Origin: Azolla caroliniana
Taxonomy: Eukaryota > Plantae > Polypodiophyta
Length of the DNA stretch: 64,000 bases
Reading direction: 5' to 3'
Assembly (NCBI GenBank): GCA_043228905.1
Contig: JBHGNT010000011.1
Location: 4,774,001 to 4,838,000 of the forward strand
In this document: positions 13,401 to 24,406 of the stretch, one piece after another
How positions within the stretch are numbered: position 1 is the stretch's first letter
Layout: every line of letters starts with the position of its first letter
Made by a program: the position numbers and the translations under genes
Notes under the pieces: model-generated
What the model saw: the letters and a program-made list of their open reading frames with translations, nothing else
Database searches by the model: none
What the model was told of the DNA's origin: nothing

Positions 13401-14807
13401 CTCGCGTGAATCGAGAATGAACATCCGGCCCTCTCTTCTTCCGCGTGCGACTATTCGGCCTTCTTTTTCGATGAAGCACCCTTCTTGGTCGAATCGTACT
13501 TGCATCCCTTGCTCAAAAATTTGGCCAACCAAGACCAAATTCTTCGTGATGGTGGGAACATGCAAGACATGTTTAATGTATGTTTGCTTACCTCTTTCGC
13601 CGAATGGAACATTGCCGATGTGCCGAATCGGGTGCGTAGTGTCATCTCCGGTTTCGACATAATCGGGTCGCTCCGGCTCTCGAAGTTGGAGAAACCATTC
13701 TTTGTGGGATGTCATATGGTTTGAGGCTCCGGAGTCAACAAACCATACGTCCTCCGGATTGAGGGCATTAGTTGAGGTAGAGGCCGACATAGAGTTTGCT
13801 CTATGTTTCATCATGAACATTCCGCCACGGTCGGCGTTGCATGCATACATTCTGCCACAATCTTCGCAGTCGGAGTTGTGCCCGTACATTCTACCATACT
13901 TTTCGTAATCGGAGTTGTGCGCGTAATTCGTGAGTTGTCGGCTTGTGGAAGCCGATTCACGCATCTTCTTTTGGCACTCTTCTTCGTGGTGGCCGAGCTT
14001 TCCACAATATCCGCATTCGGTTGCGTTTTGACGGCTCGGGCTGGAGTGGAAGCTCCCCCTTCTTGCGAAGGTTCCTCATTGGCTTCCGTTTTGCGGCCGA
14101 AATTGGGAGTTGTTATCGTAGGTCGGACCTCGTCCGCCTTGTCCTTGGCCGAATCGGCCTCTCGACCATCCGCGCCCTCTTCCTCCGTTCGAGTGCGTGT
14201 AGAGCATGTGGCCTTCCGACTCATTGCTCCTTGTACGCACGTGGTTTTCTTTGACCAATAGCATTGATTGGAGCTCGAAGAAGGAGGGACATTTCTCCCG
14301 TGCTAGAATGGCGGTTCGCATCGCGCCGAACCATTGTGCGAGGCCGCTGAGACATATTTGAACCATCTCATCATCATCGATATTTACGCTTATTGAGCCG
14401 AGCGAATCGCAAAGCTCCTTGATCTTCGAGGTGTATGTCATAATGGACATGTCCCTTTGTTGAATGTTGTTCAACTCTTGGCGGAGTTGAAGCAGTCTTG
14501 CGGTTGTGTTCGCCGCGAAAATCTTTCGTAGATTTTCCCATGCCCCCTTCGGCGTCTTGGCTTCGCGAATGTAGCCGAGCATGTGATCGTGAACACATGT
14601 CACCAAGCAATACATCACGCGACTTGCGGCTTGCTCCTATGTCGCGTATCCGGGAGCCGCTTCGGCGGGTCGGTCTTCATGCGCTCCTTTGATGTAGCTC
14701 CAATAGCCTTGTCCAACAAGGTATTGGTGCATCTTGTACTCCCAAGATGCGAAGTTGTTTCGGTCCAACTTCTCGGCAGGGAGAGCGCTCCCCATTTGAG
14801 TATTCAT
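10485..14807 (-). pseudogene. copia 3 gag-pol, frameshifted
   Basis: Gag 14076-14618 followed by a zinc knuckle; VDSGASNHMT protease and integrase 12879-13964 and 11856-12812; RT with YVDD 11200-11967; RNase H 10485-11051; pieces lie in different frames. Confidence 0.9.
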
Positions 14808-15628
14808 TATGTCGATTCTTCTTCTTCTTCTTCTCTTTTCGAATGCGAGCTATGTAGCGAAGCTACGATAGCGATGAGCCGGTTCTTGGTCGTTGGCGTA
14901 GAGCACAACACACGATCACAATGAGGCGAATGGGCTAGATCGAGCTACCAAATTGCTCTGATACCATGTAAAGAATCGGATATGATTCTTGTGAAGCGGA
15001 AGAGATGTGAGTTATGTGTGTGTATGAGGGAGATCCGGATGGGAAACGGTATGAACCGGATGGGGGGAACCCGACTGCGGAGAGTCGGATGGTGTAGGCC
15101 CGGTATGAACCGGATGAGGAGTACCCGACTGCGGAGAGCCGGATGGAGCCCATCGAGGCTACATTTGTAAATAGCCGAAAAGTCATATTAGTATAAATAT
15201 GACTTAGGGCAAACTTTTAGTATTTTTTTTGGTAGTTATCGTTTTTCAGGATTATTTCTTTTCTTGTTGGTGCAAGAAGAAATCAGAGCACGTAACTGTA
15301 CAGAGAGAGAGAGAGAGAGACGAGGTTGTTGCCTCTGTTGTAACCGCCGCCTGTGGCGAAGATCTGAGAGCACGAGGTCGTTGCCTCAGTGATCTCATTG
15401 TTGTATATTTCTACATAGCGACAGTTTGCAGCTTGTGGGCTGTCGTGGTTTTTTCCCCTATTTTGGGGTTTTCCACGTATACCTCCTGTGTACCATTTCT
15501 CCTCTTTTGTGTCGCGTTCCATTACCTGTTTTTCTGTGTATGTAAAGAATCTCAGTTGTGGCCGAGCGTCGGACATAAGGAACGTCAAGTTCACAACAAG
15601 TGGTATCAGAGCAAAATCGACACAGAAA

Positions 15629-18600
15629 ATGGACGAATCGTTTGGCGGCATGTTCAAGCTCACCGGCTCCAACTATTCAGTGTGGAAGTCGAAGATGAGG
15701 GACATGCTCGTGGTTAAAGACCTCTGGCTACCGGTTCAGTTCGGGGACAAGAGACCGGACAAAATCGACGCCGCGATATGGGAGGTGATGCACATGAAGA
15801 CAACGGCGTACATACGGTGCTTCATCGACATGAGCCTGTACAACAACTTCAATGAAGAGAGCAAGGCTCATGAGCTCTGGGAGAAGATCGGCATGATGTT
15901 CCAGAACAAAAATGCTGTCAATCAGGCGTCGGTATTCCGGAAGCTTGTAAGACTCCGGTACCAAGATGGCTCCAGCATGGCGGAGCATATGAATGCCTTC
16001 CAGGGGCTGATTCACCAGGCAACGTCATTGGAAGTACCTCTTGCCGATGAGGTCCTAGCGCTACTCCTGCTCGGTTCCCTCCCGGATAGCTGGGAGACGT
16101 TAGTTGTTACTTTGGGCAACGCCGGACCGGAAGGAAAACGGCTATCCCTAGCAAGAGTAAAGTCGAGCTTGCTAGATGAGGAGGCTCGTCGAAAAGACAA
16201 AGATACGAGCTCCGACTCCAAAGCGTTCCTTACCGAATCGGAACGCGGAAGACATAGAAACCGTAGTCCCCAGAACCGGGAGAAGTCGGGGACACGATCA
16301 AAGTCAAGGGGGAGGCCTACTTGCTTCTATTGCGGCAAGCCGGGACACTTCCAAAAGAACTGTCGGCACTTCCGTAAAGACAAGGAAACCGACGGTACCG
16401 ATTCGAAGCAAACCCCGAACCGGAACGGTACAGACCGGAACGGTAAAGACCGGAGGGGGCCGGACTGGAAGGGAATGACGGCAATTGCGGCAAGTGAAGA
16501 GGAGTTGATGCTCATCACCGAGGAGAGTGAGATAAACCATGCCGGCGATGAGATGACCTGGGTGGTAGACTCCGGAGCGTCGTTCCACCTTACCCCGGAC
16601 CGGAAATGCTTCTCATCCTACTCAGCCGGTGATCACGGTTGTGTCCGGATGGGGAATGAAGGAACATGCCGAATTGTCGGCATAGGAGACGTGTGGCTGA
16701 CAACACCAACCGAATGCAAGTTGTTGTTGAAAGATGTCCGACACGTTCCGGAAGTTCGTCTGAACCTGATATCAGCCGGTCGGCTAGATGATGAAGGCTA
16801 CACGGGTAGCATCCGGAACGGTGTCATGAAGTTCAGCAAAGGGAGCCTGATTGTGGCTCGGGCCCGGAAGGTAAACACACTGTACCTGATGAATGCCCGG
16901 TTATGTCCGGAAGAAGTGAACGTGGCTTCCGACACTGCCGGTGAGCTGTGGCACAAGAGGCTATGTCACATGAGTGAGAAGGGGATGAAGAGGCTTGGAG
17001 ACGACAACCTCATTCCAGTGAAGAACATGCACTTAGAGAAGTGCACTGATTGTCTGGCTGGTAAGCAGAACCGGACCTCCTTCCGACCAAGGCCACCGAT
17101 GAGACGTAATGCACCACTGGAGTTGGTGCATACGGATGTTTGTCAAGTAGACACGAAGTCACATGCCGGAGCGCAGTACTTCGTGACGTTCATAGATGAC
17201 CACAGCCGGAAGCTGTGGGCCACACCGCGGAAGACGAAGGATCAGGTGTTATCCATCTTCAAAGAACTCCACGCGAGAGTGGAAAGAGAAACCGGCCGGA
17301 AGCTGAAGGCGGTTCGAGCAGATAACGGAGGTGAGTACCGGGGGCAGTTCGAGGAGTACTGCCGCTCGAAGGGAATCCGGCTCGAATTTACCGTGCCGAA
17401 GACGCCGGAGCTAAACGGACTGGCCGAGAGGATGAACCGGACCATAATGGAGAGGGTCCGGAGTATGCTAGCGCATGCAAAACTACCCAAGAAGTTTTGG
17501 GCTGAGGCACTGTCGACGGCGACATATGTGATAAACAGATCACCCTTAGTACCCCTGGACGGAGACACGCCACAGAGAGTATGGACCGGTAAGGAAGTGT
17601 CCTACCGGCATCTAAGGGTGTTCGGGTGTCTCGCGTACGTGCATGTAGCAAAGGACCGGAGAGGAAAGCTAGATCCAAAGACCCGGCCATGCATATTCCT
17701 CGGTTACGGTGACGATGAGTTCGGCTACCGAGTGTGGGACCCGGTCGACAAGAAGATATTCCGGAGTCGAGATATTATCTTCATGGAGGACAAGACGCTC
17801 GCCGACTGGGAGTCGGAGAAGAAGATAGTGAACTCCGAGTCGACCGGTAAGGATAGACTCTACAATGAGCAGACCCAACCGGCAAGAGACCGGTTAGCAC
17901 TCGAGGAACCAGCCGGTTACGGTGAGGATACCGAACCGGCAGAAGAAGAAGTAGAGGAAGCTGAGACCGGAACCGGTCAAGATCCCGAATCGGATTCGGA
18001 TAAAGAGCAAATGGAGGAACCGATTACCGAAGCCCGAAGACGTAGATATCCTCTCAGAGAGAGAAGGGCGCCCCGGAGATTTCCGGATGCAGAGCATGTC
18101 CTGCTAACCGATGAGGGGGAGCCGGAAAGCTTCGAAGAAGCGAAGGAAGACACCCACAGCCGAAAATGGTTAAGTGCCATGCAGGATGAGATGGATTCCC
18201 TACATGAGAACCATACGTACGAATTGGTGGAGCTGCCGAAAGAAAAGCGGGCACTCCGAAACAAGTGGGTGTTCAAGTTGAAACTGGGAGATGCCGACAA
18301 CCCCCCGAGATACAAAGCCAGGATCGTGGTGAAGGGGTTCCAGTAGAAGAAGGGCGTGGACTTCGACGAAATATTCGCCCCGGTAGTAAAGATGACCTCC
18401 ATCCGGACGGTGCTGAGTATAGCAGCAAGCATGGATCTCGAGGTAGAGCAGCTGGACGTGAAGACGGCATTCCTCCACGGCGACCTCGAAGAGGAAATCT
18501 ACATGCAGCAACCGGAAGGATTTGTGGAGAAAGGGAAGGAGCACCTGGTATGCCGGTTGAAGAAGAGCCTGTACGGACTGAAGCAGGCTCCCCGGAAATG

Positions 18601-19690
18601 GTATCGGAAGTTCGACTCCTTCATGACCGATCAAGGGTACCACAAGACGCAAGCCGATCACTGCGTGTTTGTGAAGAAGTTCGAAGGAGGGGACTTCCTG
18701 ATACTCCTCCTGTACGTGGATGACATGTTGATCGTCGGACGAGACAAAGGCAAAATACGGATGCTGAAGAAGGCTCTCAACCGGACCTTCTCAATGAAAG
18801 ACCTGGGTCCGGCAAGACAGATGTTGGGGATGCACATCATTCGGGACCGGTCAGTGAAGCAACTATGGCTGTCACAGGAGAAGTATGTGACAAAGGTGCT
18901 TCACCGGTTCAACATGTCAGATGCAAAACCGGTCGGATCGACACTCCCGGCAAACTGCAAGTTGTCTGGCAAGCAAAGCCCGAAGACAAAACGAGAGAAG
19001 GCAGATATGATGAAGATTCCATATGCCTCTGCCGTCGGGAGCTTGATGTACGCAATGGTTTGTACCCGACCGGACATTGGATACGCAGTCGGAGTGGTGA
19101 GCCGGTTCATGAGTAATCCCGGCAAGGAGCATTGGAACGCGGTCAAATGGATACTCCGGTATTTGAAGGGCACTTCAAATATGTGTCTCTGATTCGGCAC
19201 CGGAAAACCTCAACTGGACAGTTTCACCGATTCGGACATGTCGGCTGATGTGGATACCAGCCGGTCTACATCCGGGTATGTGATGACATATGCAGGGGGA
19301 GCTGTCTCGTGGCAGTCGAGGCTGCAGAAGACGGTTGCATTGTCAACCACAGAGGCGGAGTACATGGCGGCTGTGGAAGCCGGCAAGGAAATATTATGGA
19401 TGAAGGACTTCATCGGGGAGCTCGGTATCCGGCAAGAGGAATACCGACTCTACTGCGACAATCAAAGTGCCATCCACCTTGCTAAGAATGCGGCCTACCA
19501 TTCCCGGACGAAGCATATCCAGCGGAGGTATCACTGGATCCGGGAAAGGGTAGATGACCAGGAGTTCGCATTGGCGAAGATCCACACGGCCGAGAACGGG
19601 TGAGATATGCTGACCAAAGTGCTGACACCCGACAAGCTGGACGCATGCCGGAAGAGGATCGGGCTGGAAAGACACCCCATGCCGGAGTGA
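15629..19690 (+). pseudogene. copia 4 gag-pol in one reading frame with three premature stops
   Basis: ATG at 15629; CFYCGKPGHFQKNC knuckle, WVVDSGAS protease, HTDV..RADNGGEY..NGLAERMNRT integrase, LYVDDML RT, YCDNQSAIHLAKN RNase H; ORFs starting 15488, 18356 and 19238 share a frame; stops at 18344, 19190 and 19601. Confidence 0.92.
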
Positions 19691-19700
19691 AGGGGGAGTT

Positions 19701-20344
19701 TGTTGGAAGACAGGTCCCTCCGGATGGGAAGGGAGAAGAACAGTGCCGACGAACAAACTCGGCCAAGGCCGACAGGCCGAGGCCGAAACGGTATGAACCG
19801 GATGGGGGGAACCCGACTGCGGAGAGTCGGATGGTGTAGGCCCGGTATGAACCGGATGAGGAGTACCCGACTGCAGAGAGCCGGATGGAGCCCATCGAGG
19901 CTACATTTGTAAATAGCCAAAAAGTCATATTAGTATAAATATGACTTAGGGCAAACTTTTAGTTTTTTTTTTGGTAGTTGTCGTTTTTCGGGATTATTTC
20001 TTTTCTTGTTGGTGCAAGAAGAAATCAGAGCACGTAACTGTACAGAGAGAGAGAGAGAGAGAGAGACGAGGTTGTTGCCTCTGTTGTAACTGCCGCCTGT
20101 GGCGAAGATCTGAGAGCACGAGGTCGTTGCCTCAGTGATCTCACTGTTGTATATTTCTACATAGCGACAGTTTGCAGCTTGTGGGCTACCGTGGTTTTTT
20201 CCCCTATTTTGGGGTTTTCCACGTATACATCCTGTGTACCATTTCTCCTCTTTTGTGTCGCGTTCCATTACCTGTTTTTCTGTGTATGTAAAGAATCTCG
20301 GTTGTGGCCGAGCGTCGAACATAAGGAACGTCAAGTTCACAACT
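19701..20344 (+). repeat. 3' LTR of copia 4
   Basis: Starts TGTTGG after the PPT; direct repeat of ~15045-15598; ends CAACT instead of CAACA. Confidence 0.9.
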
Positions 20345-22494
20345 AGAGAGAGAGTGAGAGAGACAAGGAATAATACACAGAGAATACGCAAGGTAGATTG
20401 TATTAACAAAGGAGAAAGACTCAACATTATACAAAGAGGGAGGAGGGTGCTTTATATAGTCACCCTCTCTCTTCATTAACTACACGACTCATGGAGCATG
20501 GGGAATGTGAAAGCTCATAATTTATGTGTCATAGAATATGATTCTATGACTCATACTAAATGCTAGAATACAAAGTGTTGACTTAATGGTGACTCTTGAC
20601 CGTTGGAGTGTCTATTCCCTCTGAAGGTGAGTTCACACACTAGACCAAGTTGAGCTTGATTCTCAACATCTATATTGTGGTAATGTTGTGTTTGGTTTAG
20701 TATTGGTATGATTCTATGATATTATGGATATGTTATGTTCTTGTACATGTATGTATTGTGGTAATCATGCCTGATTTAGTAATGGCATCATGTTATGTAT
20801 ATTTATGAGTGTGTTTAAGTATATAAATATGGTATTGGGAGGCAATGGATGTTGTGGTATTATTTGTTTTTTATGTTGTGTGGAAGTCTTTTTACAAGAA
20901 GAGCAAAAACTAGAAAAATGACAAAGAAGACACCCACGAAAGAATAAGGATCCCCCAACAATGAAAATATGAAGACCCCCACCAAGAAAGGGTGATGACC
21001 TCCATAACTCAGAGCAAGAAGATGTGCACAAGTGTCCTTCGAGGGAGAAGAGTAGTATGAGCATGACTTAGCATGTGTTTGGTATTATAGTATATAAGGT
21101 TGAGTATGACTTGGCATGCAAGTATTAACATGCATCACGTCATGTATAAAAAGGGTCGATGTCCCTTGTTAACATCAAGGAGATCAACACCTGTCATGGA
21201 GTAAGTATTGTTAACATTGTTTGATAAAACTCTAGTCTCACTCATTGTCATCAACTTTCCCACTCTCCCTATCTCCCAATTGGTCATCCATGACAACTTC
21301 ATAGTTCATCGAAATTTTCAATTAGTTAAGATTTGGGGATTATAAACATATGGATATAGCACAACCGCATGACCTACAATCAACCTCTTCAAATGATCTC
21401 CAAGGCTATCAATGCATAGTTGTTTGTAAGTCCATTATATTTCCATTCACATTTATTTATGATATTCTTTGAATGCTTTTGAGCACAATGTTGTAAATGA
21501 GTATGTTTCTAGAGTTTTACATCACTGTTAGTTAGGTTTCCGGCCATTAAGAGTGTTACTAAAAAACATTTCTCCAATTCAATGAACTAGCCAATATCTT
21601 AAAGAAACTAGTACACAATCCTCCAAAAATGTGTATTCCTCAGAAGTGGCAAATGGAAATGAAAACCAAAATCAAGAAGTCTTTACAATTGTTGATAGGA
21701 TGTAGAAATGTGCCATACAATCAATACCTTATGAACTAGAGAGAATTTCTGCACAAATAATCTAGTTTACACGTGACAAGTAGGCATTATATGATCCAAT
21801 AATAAATTTCTCCATAGCTCCACTCCGTCAAATGTAGTGATGGGAGAACCCATTAATATTTGTATGTTATAGTCCTTGTTGTAAGGGTACTTGAAACCTG
21901 CTTTTGAATGGTTTGAAATGTCATGCTCTTTCATTACCAATACAACACTCTGTAACCATGCTCTTTCCCGTCTCTAGGTGCCTAGGTATTTGTAGAAAGC
22001 CTTTTTCTCATTTGAATCTCATCGTAGAATGCCATCATGCTATAATACGCGCATTTCTATCTCAATCACATTGTGCCCCACCAACAACAATGGTCAATGG
22101 TAACATTTTTTGAGCATCTAGAGTACTTGTCAACTTCACACATGCTACATAAAAGTTTTCAACTTCGTCCCATTCGACATGACTTTCTACTACGATCATC
22201 CTCTGGGGTACATTCACTATTTTAAAAATAGAGGGACAAATGGGATAACACTTTCAAGAATATAATACTTACGGGCATAGAATATTGGATAAAGGAAAAG
22301 TGTTACATAAAGGAATTAGGTGTGTTGACTAATGTTAGGATTTTTCTGAGACTAACTATATATATTGTTGAGATCAAAACTAGTTGATGGTCCATTGACT
22401 GCGCACAAAAAAAGGTTTATTCCAAGATATCATGATGTCGTGCCCATCACCTTGGAAAATATCACGGAGGTGTTAAAACAACAAGATTTGTTTC

Positions 22495-23272
22495 ACCTCC
22501 AAGATGGGGTTTATAAAAGAAAACCCGAAATGTTTCCAAACGCATCCGTGGAAACCAATACTACGAAGGTCAGAAAAAAAATCTCCTCCAAGATGGGATT
22601 GATAAGAAAACCCAAAATGTTTCCAAAGGTGTCCATGGAAACCAACACTACTAAGGTCGGAAAAAAAAATCCTCCAAGATGGGATTGATAAGAAAACCCG
22701 AAATGTTTCCAAAGGTATCCATGGAAACCAATACCTCGAAGGTCGGGAAAAAAAAATCTCCTCCAAGATGGGATTGATAAGAAAACCCGAAACGTTTCCA
22801 AAGGCGTCCGTGGAAACCAATACTACGAAGGTCGGAAAAACAAATCTCCTCCAAGATAAGGTTGATAAAAGAAAACCCGAAATGTTTCCAAAGGCATCCG
22901 TGGAAACCAATACTACGAAGGTCGGAAAAAAAAATCTCCTCCAAGATGGGGTCGATAAAAGAAAACCCGAAATGTTTCCAAAGGTGTTTGTGGAAACCAA
23001 TACTACGAAGGTCGGAAAAAACTCTCCTCCAAGATGGGATTGATAAGAAAACCCGAAATGTTTCCGAAGGCTTCCATGGAAACCAAGACTACTAAGGTCG
23101 GAAAAAATTCTCCTCCAAGATGGGGGTTGATAAAAGAAAACCCGAAATGTTTCCAAAGGTGTTCGTGGAAATCAATGCTACTAAGGTCTGAAAAATTCTC
23201 CTCCAAGATTGGGTTGATAAAATAGAAACCCGAAATGTTTCAAAAGGCATCCGTGGAAACCAATACTACGAA
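22495..23272. repeat. Tandem array of ~88-bp units, about 9 copies
   Basis: AAACCCGAAATGTTTCCAAAGG..GGAAACCAATACTACGAAGGTCGGAAAAA..CTCCTCCAAGATGGG recurs at ~86-90 bp spacing. Confidence 0.92.
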
Positions 23273-23544
23273 CGCCGGTTTTCGGAGAACACTTGAAATA
23301 TGGCGGATCGTGGGCGAGATTGTTGTTCCGGGGTGATTGTTTTGAAAAGATCTGAGCCCACCCAATTGGGGGAAAATGATCAATATCAAAAAGAGCAGGG
23401 CTCAAGGTGGAGAAGTGATTGATGGATGATGTACATACATTATGCATACATACATACATACATACATGCTTTACTGTACTAAGAGGGAATGACACAGAAA
23501 CAGAGGCACAGAAGTGTGCTTCTAGACAGGACAAAAAATGTACT

Positions 23545-23589
<45 letters not shown>

Positions 23590-24406
23590 TACTGTTTTTT
23601 GGAAACACCCTCACACACACCTTGTGAAGTAGCAAATTATTACCTCTAATGGGTGCACTGTCTTGGCTCCTCTGTTTCTTATTCATTCATTCTTGATTCT
23701 ACTCTCTGTTTTGTGTGATTGTGTGTGTGTCAGGGCTAAGATAGAGACAGGGGCGAGGGGGGGGGGAGAGAGAAAGGTATTGTCAATCATGAGTATTTTT
23801 ATTTTCTTCCTTTCTTTTGTCTCCGAAATCTTTGATTTGTGTGTAAGTTCATCATGCTTTTATACATACGTACGTACATACAGATATTTATATGCATGTA
23901 TGTATGTATCCACCCTCACCATTATCTTCTCCACACAGTTTTAGGCACATTAATGCGTTTACTACAGTGTTAATGCTGTAGATTACTGCATTAACTACTG
24001 TGTTGATTATACAAATTATCTCTCTCTCTCTCTCTCTTTCTATATATATATCTATACATATACATATATTTATATATATACATATATATTAATGTTGATA
24101 TGCCTAGTGTATGTAGCATAAACTACATTGAACTGGTTTTTCTTTTTGATGATCCTTGTTGAGATTGCTTATAAGTGTTCTATATATACATTGTGTATGT
24201 ACACCATAACTACTTTCAATTGGTTTTCATTCTGTTAATCCTTTTGTGGTGTTTGCTTGCTTGCATCATGGTAAAACTTGAATGTGGGTCCTTGTCTTTT
24301 TGGGTTTAATCCTTGCATTGTAGGTTAAATTTATGCATATAGTAGGATAACTGCTTGCAAGTGAATCCTAAGCATATGTGCATACAAAGAAAGACATATA
24401 ATAAGA

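Larger units (their letters stand above)
15029..20344 (+). mobile_element. Near-intact Ty1/copia element 4 (Tnt1/Tork-like) nested in the (GA)n tract of the copia 3 5' LTR
   Basis: 5' LTR ~15034-15598 with its 5' end rearranged; PBS TGGTATCAGAGC 15601-15612; PPT 19689-19698; 3' LTR 19701-20344; the two LTRs are very similar; ~54-bp tandem duplication in U3. Confidence 0.93.
9867..20668 (-). mobile_element. Full-length Ty1/copia element 3; its 5' LTR is interrupted by copia 4
   Basis: 5-bp TSD TCTAT (9862-9866 and 20669-20673); 3' LTR 9867-10254; PPT 10255-10263; PBS TGGTATCAGAGC (minus) 14955-14966; 5' LTR split into 14967-~15028 and ~20345-20668. Confidence 0.95.

Noticed and set aside
18344-18346. 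Programmed stop-codon readthrough in copia 4 pol
   Set aside because: It lies inside a conserved RT motif (GFQ*KKG) and two more stops follow; simple CAG>TAG decay is more parsimonious.
22040-22090. Possible TET/JBP-like HxD motif in the decayed minus-strand ORF
   Set aside because: The translation reads QCD*D with stops and lacks the other dioxygenase motifs; unsupported.
22365-23225. Overlapping ORFs with repeated peptides (KPEMFPKASVETN..)
   Set aside because: Translation artefacts of the ~88-bp tandem array; variable unit lengths shift the frame.
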